Source: the human T2T-CHM13v2.0 reference genome, Homo sapiens. From it: 64,000 nucleotides of DNA. The DNA is taken from NCBI RefSeq assembly GCF_009914755.1, contig NC_060925.1; one strand, given 5' to 3'. This document shows, in pieces, positions 56,950 through 64,000 of this stretch. Made by a program: the position numbers and the translations under genes. Numbering within the stretch: position 1 is the first letter of the stretch; each line of letters opens with the position of its first letter. Below the pieces are notes generated by a model. The model searched no databases. It was not told where the DNA came from and saw nothing but the letters and a program-made list of their open reading frames with translations.

Positions 56950-57910
56950 ATCTAATAAATTTAGTTGAGTGCCTACTATGTGATAAGAATTGTTTGAGGT
57001 ACTGAGAAAACAATAATGAGCAAGGCAGACAAAGTCTAAACTCTCATAAAGCTTATGTTGTGATGAAGTAGGGAAATGTATTAGTCTGTTCTCACACTGC
57101 TGTAAAGAACTACCTGAGACTGGGTAATTTATAAAGAAAAGAGGTTTAATTGACTCACAGTTCCACATGGCTAGGGAGGCCTCAGGAAAATTACAATCAT
57201 GGTGGAAGGCAAAGGAGAAGCACACAGTGGCAGGAATGAGAGCGAGGGGGAATATGCCAAACTTTTAGAACCATCATATGTCGCGAGAACTCACTCACTG
57301 TCACGAGAACAGCCTGGGGGAAATCCACCCCCATGATTCAATCACCTCCCACCAGATCCCTCCCCTGACACATGGGGATTACAATTCAAAATGAGATTTG
57401 GGTGGAGACACAGAGCCCAACCATATCAGGAAACAAACAAAACTTTGTAAGTAAAGAAGAAAACTATCAAGCCAAGTGTTACATGCAGTGAAGTGGAGTG
57501 GTATGATAGAGAGTGGTTGGAGCTGTTTAAATGAACAGGGAAGGCTTCTTTGAGGAGGTGTTTTTTAGGCTACCAGTTAAATAGCAAATCATGTTATTCA
57601 TTTGATGAGCCCTGTGTATTTTTATTTTAGGAGGATGAGATTCCTGGTAGGGCAAAGGCCCTAAGGCTAGACTAAATACAGGTTGTCAGACCAGAGGACA
57701 TAAGATAGCCAGTATTGCTGAAGCGTTCTAGGCAGGAGGAAGATTGGTAAGAGATGAGATGAGAGAGGCAGACAGGGGACACATCTTCTAAGGCTTTGTA
57801 GGGCATATTAAAGAGTTTAGATTTTATTGTAAATCTGTGGGAAGTCATTGGAGGTTTTAAGCAGGGTACTACTATTTTAAAATGATCACAGTTGCTGCTA
57901 CATGGAAAGT
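56950..57910 (-). mobile_element. L2 3' region, interrupted by a THE1 LTR
   Basis: TTGAGTGCCTACTATGTG, CAGGGAAGGCTTCTTTGAGGAGGTG, GGGAAGTCATTGGAGGTTTTAAGCAGGG. Confidence 0.8.
57077..57428 (-). mobile_element. THE1D-like solo LTR
   Basis: TGTATTAGTC ... AACCATATCA; exact 5 bp TSD GGAAA. Confidence 0.93.
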
Positions 57911-58128
57911 CAAAAAATGCTAAAAATTCACAAGAAGAAGACAGAGGAAGAGTGATGGTTATTTAGCAGATGCTTTCCTTTGGACGTCTCCCTTCTCCTC
58001 TGTTTTAATCTTGTGAGTTCTTAGCATCTTTTGACTTTTTATATCCTCTTCTGATTGCTAATGCTTCCCTTGAAATCTTCGGACAAAAGTATTGCTGGTG
58101 CCTAGCATCAATAGATTAGGCAAATATC

Positions 58129-58428
<300 letters not shown>

Positions 58429-58899
58429 TTGTATCAATTCAGATAGCCATGATGACAAACCATTTTAAGATACAGGAATTACTGGGCATGACCAGGTATA
58501 TGTGTTTGATACATAGAAGAAATTGGAGCCAATAGAGGTTTGTGACATTGCTTAGTCCTGGAAGAAAATGGGTTATAAAAAATTTTAACTGCAGCCACTT
58601 GGATGCTAAAACCTTGTTGCTTAAGTAAGAAGTTCTAACTATATTTTTCATTGACCATTTTAATTTAAGTCACTCTTAAAGCTGTTTATGAGGATCATTA
58701 AATCATTATATGTAATGCTTTGATTTCATGTTTCAATTTCAATTCTCTTCTTTCTACTGTATGTTACTGTGCTAGAATGAGATACTGCTGAGAACAAGAA
58801 AATCAGGGTCCCAGGCCTCATGAGACTTATAGTCTAGAAAGAAAGAAAGCAATTAGGCATTTAATTGACTTTGAGCATAGTGAGTTCTTGTTCCATGTT

Positions 58900-59044
58900 A
58901 GTTTTCTAATCCTTTATCTACATTTGAAAAAGGATGGATGCCTAGACTCTAAAGCCAACTAGACTTTCTGGGTAAGACCACAGGTACAATATTTCTAAAA
59001 GCTCTCTAGGTGACTTATTGTGCATACAGGATTGAAAGTCAGTG
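58900..59044. mobile_element. MER5-like hAT-Charlie MITE relic
   Basis: ATTTCTAAAAGCTCTCTAGGTGACTT...AGGATTGAAAGTCAGTG. Confidence 0.45.
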
Positions 59045-59052
59045 TCCTCTAT

Positions 59053-59277
59053 CAGGGTTTCTCAATCTAAGCACTACTGACATTTTCAGTGGGATAATTC
59101 TTTGCTATGGGTTGGCTGTTCTGTGCCTTGTAGGATGTTTAGCAGCATCTCTGGCCTCTGCCCACTAGATGTCAACAGAACTCCCTGCAAGTTGTAACAA
59201 CAAAAAATGTCTCTACCCACTGCCAAACACCGTTTGGAGGGGTGAACTGCTTCCTTCCCACTTGTTGAGTACCACTA
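59053..59277 (-). mobile_element. MER20 hAT-Charlie MITE
   Basis: CAGGGTTTCTCAA start; GTAGGATGTTTAGCAGCATCTCTGGCCTCTGCCCACTAGATG. Confidence 0.92.
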
Positions 59278-59555
59278 CTTATAGGAAGTAGGCTCTGGCT
59301 ATCTTTGTGACCTACTCTCCTCCTACTGTCTCCCTTACTGATTCAGTGTCAGTCATGACAGCTCCTGAATGTTCCTCAAACCTGATACCACCACTTTAGC
59401 CTTTCATTATCTCTGCCCATGATGGCTTCCAAATAGCCGCTTGTCTAACTCCCCAACTTCTTTCAAGTCTGCTCACATGTTACCTCAGGGAAACATTCCA
59501 TAATTATCCAGTCCGTAACAAATATTCCACCACCTTTATTTATATCCTTACCCTG

Positions 59556-61826
59556 TGTATTAGTCCATTCTCACACTGCTAATAAAGACATACCTGAGAT
59601 TGGGCAATTTATAAAGGAAAGAGATTTAATTGACTCACAGTTCTACAGGCCTGGGAGGCCTAAGGAACCTTACAATCATGACAGAAGGGGAAGCAAACAT
59701 GTCCTTCTTCACATGGTGGTGGGAAGGAGAAGTGCCCAGCAAAAGGGGAAAAGTCCCTTATAAAACCATCTTGTGATAACTCATTTATTTTCATGAGAAC
59801 AGCATGGAGGTAACTGTCCCCATGATTTAATTACTTCCCCTGGGTCCCTGCCATAACACGTGGGGATTATGGGTACTACAGTTCAAGATGAGATTGAGTG
59901 GGGACACAGCCAAACCATATCATTCTGTCCCTGGCCCCTCCAAATATCATGTTTTCATATTTTAAAACACAATCTTACTTTCCAACAGTCCCCCAAAGCC
60001 TTAGCTTATTCCTGCTTTAACCCAAAAGTCCAAGTCCAAAATCTCATTTGATACAGGGCAAGTCCCTTCCACCTACGAGCCTGTAAAATTGAAAGCAGGT
60101 TAATTGCTTCCTAGATACAATGGGGGTAGAGGCGCTGGATAAATATAACCATTGCAAATGGGAGAAATTGGCCAAAACGAAAGGGCTACAGGCCCCATGC
60201 AAGTCTGAAATCCAGCAGAGCAGTCAAACCTTATAGCTTTGAAATGATCTCCTTTGACTTCATGTCTGGCATCCAGGTCACACTGATGCAAGAGGTGGCC
60301 TCCCATGGCCTTGGGAAGCTCCACCCCTGTGGCTTTGCAGGGTACAGCCTGCCTCCCAGCTGATTTCACAGGCTGGTGTTGAGTGTCTGCAGTTTTTCCA
60401 GGTGCACAGTGTAAGCTGTCAGTGGATCTTCCATTTTAGGGTGTGGAGGATGGTGGCCCTCTAGTCACAACTACACTAGGCAGTGCCCCAGAGGGGACTC
60501 TGTATGGGGGCTCCAACCCCACATTTCCCTTCTGCACTGACCTAGTCGAGGTTCTCCATGAGGGCTTTGCTTCTGTAGCAGACACCTCCCTGGACGTCCA
60601 GGAGTTTCCATACGTCCTCTGAAATCTAGGTAGAGGTTCCCAAACCTCAGTTATTTACTTCTGTAAATCTGCAGGCTCAACTCCAAGTGGAAATTGCCAA
60701 GGCTTGGGGCTTGCACCCTCTGAAGCAATGGCTTGAGCTGTACCTTGGCCACCTATTTTGGTCATGGCTGGAGCAGCTGGGACACAGGGCACCAAGCCAC
60801 CAAGTCCTGAGGTTGCACAAAGCAGGGAGGCCCTGAACCTGGCTTAGGAAACCATTTTCCCCTCCTAGGACTCCAGGCCTGTGATGGGAGGGACTGCCAT
60901 TACATGCCTTGGAAGCATTTTCCCCATTGTATTGTATTGGTGAGTAGCATTTGGCTCCTCGTTACTGCAGCAGGCTTGAATTTCTCCCCAGGAAATGGGT
61001 TTTTCTTTTCTACTGCATCATCAGGCTGCAAATTTTCCAAACTTTTATGCTCTGTCACCTCTTGAATGCTTTGCTGATTAGAAATTTCTTTCACCAGATA
61101 CCCTAAATCATCTCTCTCAAGTTCGAAGTTCCACAGATCTCTAGGGCAGGGGCAAAAAGCCTCCAAGTCTCCTTGCTAAAGCATAGCAAGAGTGACCTTT
61201 ACTCCAGCTCCCAAGAAGTTCCTCATCTCCATCTGAGACCACCTCAGCCTGTACTTCATTGTCCATATCACTATCAGCATTTGGTCAAAAATCATTCAAC
61301 AAGTCTCAAGGAAGTTCTAAACTTTCCCACATTTTCCTGTCTTCTTCTGAATCCTCCAAACTGTTCCAGTCTCTGCCTGTTACCCAGTTCCAATGTTGCT
61401 TCTACATTTTTGGGTATCTTTATAGCAGCACTCCACTGTCTGTGGTACCAATTTACCGTATTAGTCTGTTCTCATGCTGCTAATAAAGACATACCTGAGA
61501 CTGGGTAATTTATAAAGTAAAGAGATTTAATTGATTCATAACTCTGCATGGCTGGGAGGCCTCAAAAAACTTATAATCGTGTTAGAAGGAGAAGCAAACA
61601 CATCCTTCTTCACATGGCACCAGGAAGAAGTGCCAAGCAAAAGAAGAAAAGCCCCTTATAAACCACCAAATCTCATGAGAACTTACTCACTATTATGAAA
61701 ACAGCATGGAGGTAACCACTCCCATGATTCAATTACCTCCCACCAGGTTCCTGCCATGACATGTGGGGATTATGAGAACTACAATTCAAGATGAGATTTG
61801 GGTGGGGACACAGCCAAACCATATCA
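59556..61826 (-). mobile_element. complete THE1 (THE1C-like) MaLR provirus: LTRs 59556-59922 and 61457-61826
   Basis: Two homologous LTRs with THE1 internal region; exact 5 bp TSD CCCTG. Confidence 0.96.
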
Positions 61827-61946
61827 CCCTGCTTTATTTTTCTTCACAGAACATATTACTATTTGACATTATATCATGTCTTTCCTTTAAATCTCCCATC
61901 CCCATAAACCACTGTGAAGTCTATTTAAGTGTCTGATACATAATAG

Positions 61947-62695
61947 TGAGATAAGAGAGTTCCCTGATCCACCTTGCAGGATGTGTGACAGGGGTGTGGC
62001 TCTCTGTTTGGCCACCATGAGCTCAAACCCGTTACAGGAAGGGGAGCATGCAGATGGGCAGCTGCAGGAACTGGGTTGAGTGTTTTTTGGCTCTTGCCCC
62101 ATGGCAGTGTCTAGGGTTGGGTGCCTGCGACGTTTGAAGCCCCAGTGTTACAATGCTCTTTTAGCTCTGCTGTCCTCAGATGGCTTAAGTGTTAACCAGC
62201 TCAGTGCCCACTTGGTACCCAGGCCTTTGTCTAGCATCCTGGAAGAATCAGGTAACCCATGGACTTGAAGGGTGGTGAATGTGGGGGCTTTACTGAGTGG
62301 TGGACGTGGCTTTCAGTTGGCAGGGTGGGGAGCTGGAAGGAGGATGGAGTGGGAAGATAATCTTCCCTTGGAGTTCAGCTGTCCCGTGACCAAACTCCTC
62401 TCTGTCCCCAGCTGGACTCCTCTAGATGCTCAGATGCTCCTTCTCTTCTTTCCTTCTCTGTCACACCATTCTTCTGTTCCTTGGCTCTTCTGCTCATCTC
62501 CTTGTGGAGCCATAGGTTTGGGGTTTATATGAGTACAGGATAGGTGACATGGTGGATCAAAAGGCAACATTTTGTGTGCAAAAACAGGAATGCCTGTTCC
62601 CATTTAGGGTCATGGGTTTCCAGGGTTGAGGGTGGGGCCTTTGCTAGGGAACCACCCTCTTCTACCCAGTATTTTCCTGTCTCCTGTCTGTATCA
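61947..62695 (-). mobile_element. LTR1-family solo LTR (ERV1), 749 bp
   Basis: Minus strand starts TGATACAGACAGGAGACAGGAAAATACTGGGTAGAAGAGGG; exact 4 bp TSD ATAG. Confidence 0.88.
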
Positions 62696-62790
62696 ATAGG
62701 TACACAATATTTATTAAATTAATGAATGACTATACATTATGAAATGGGAAATGCAAGGTATAAAGGAGAATTGCTGTCCTTGAAAAGAAA

Positions 62791-63093
62791 TTTAGTTTGT
62801 TTTTTTTGTTGAGATGGAGTCTTGCTCTAGGCTAGAGTGCAGTAGTGTAATCATGACTCACTGCAGCCTCGAGCTCCTGGGCTAAAAAGTGATCCTCCTA
62901 TATCAACCTCCCAAGCAGCTGGGACTGCAGGCATGTACCACCATGCCTAGCTAATTTTTGTATTTTTTTTTTTTTAGAGACGGGGTCTTGCTATGTTGCC
63001 CAGGCTAGTCTCGAACTTCTGGGCTCAAGCAATCAGCCTGCCTCGGCCTCTCAAAGTGCTGAGATTATAGGCATGAGCCATCATGCCCAGCCA
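62791..63093 (-). mobile_element. Alu (AluJ-like)
   Basis: CTCACTGCAGCCTCGAGCTCCTGGGCT and CTATGTTGCCCAGG J-type motifs. Confidence 0.93.
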
Positions 63094-63719
63094 ATCTAAA
63101 ATTAAGTTTCATCATCCTCCACAATGTTTAATTTTGTTTTTGAACTCTACCTGGATTAAAAGCAGCTTTTAATTAAAGATCATATGTGTGTGTACACACA
63201 CATAGGCAGATGTTTAATCACTGATGAGCAAATGAGTATATTAAACTTTTACCCAGTTGGTAGGAAAAATCATGCTTTTTTCCACTTTTTTTTTTTTAAC
63301 CAGTGCAAAATGTTCATTTATCTCCAAAGGGCTACAACTGCAACCAAGTTAGCTATATGCTGAACATTTTAGCTTTGGCCAAAATGTTTAACTATATACA
63401 TAGTGTCAATATACAACAAAATTTGGCCAAAGTTTGTGAATAAAAGTCTATATTTTTAAAATATGACAAACATTTTTCATAGGATAAAGGAAAGTTTTGC
63501 CCTGTAAACTTTCAGAAAGACCCCATCTGAGTTCCGGTGGAATTTGAAGTTGGAACAATTTTCCATTCATTTTGCCAGCATATTTACATTAATTTTCAGG
63601 CCATCTTTCTTAAATAGTCCAAAACACTTTTTCTGTGAGATTTCATATAAATGACCATAGGTTTGAGAGATTTCTTATGAGGTGTTATCAAGTACAGCTT
63701 CCTCTAGGGAGGACTAAAC

Positions 63720-64000
<281 letters not shown>

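Larger units (their letters stand above)
59300..62730 (+). mobile_element. L2 3' end split into three pieces (~59300-59555, 61827-61946, 62696-62730) by THE1 and LTR1 insertions
   Basis: CCCTGCTTTATTTTTCTTCACAG and terminal ATATTTATTAAATTAATGAATGA; TSDs restore continuity. Confidence 0.7.

Noticed and set aside
63360-63435. Repeated palindrome TTTGGCCAAA with flanking inverted AACATTTT/AAAATGTT
   Set aside because: Short and AT-rich; within chance expectation for 64 kb.

Overview
Primate, most likely human, genomic DNA. It is AT-rich and made up mostly of interspersed repeats, i.e. a gene-poor intergenic or deep intronic region. I can support no host protein-coding exon, RNA gene, CpG island or CRISPR array. 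The recognisable ORFs in the track are decayed LINE-1 ORF1/ORF2 fragments; the rest look like chance frames in L1/LTR/Alu or AT-rich sequence. Contents: three L1PA elements (a 3' end at the window start, a 5'-inverted 5.2 kb copy and a 5'-truncated 2.7 kb copy), several older L1M/HAL1 elements, two complete THE1 (MaLR) proviruses, solo LTRs (MER11, MER50, LTR1-family, THE1, MLT1, MLT2, LTR16), Alus including a FAM, MIR/L2, and DNA transposon relics (Zaphod, MADE1, MER20, MER5-like, MER94-like). The most unusual signal is that the two long L1PA copies, independently inserted 27.46 kb apart and about 5% diverged, share a set of private ORF2 changes including the same nonsense codon, in short identical patches. 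This points to repeated short-tract interlocus gene conversion, possibly with a third L1. The second is a ~285 bp polyadenylated non-L1 insert (orphan retrocopy or transduction) inside an L1ME 3' UTR. Subfamily names come from remembered consensus sequences, not from a RepeatMasker run, and boundaries of ancient repeats are approximate.
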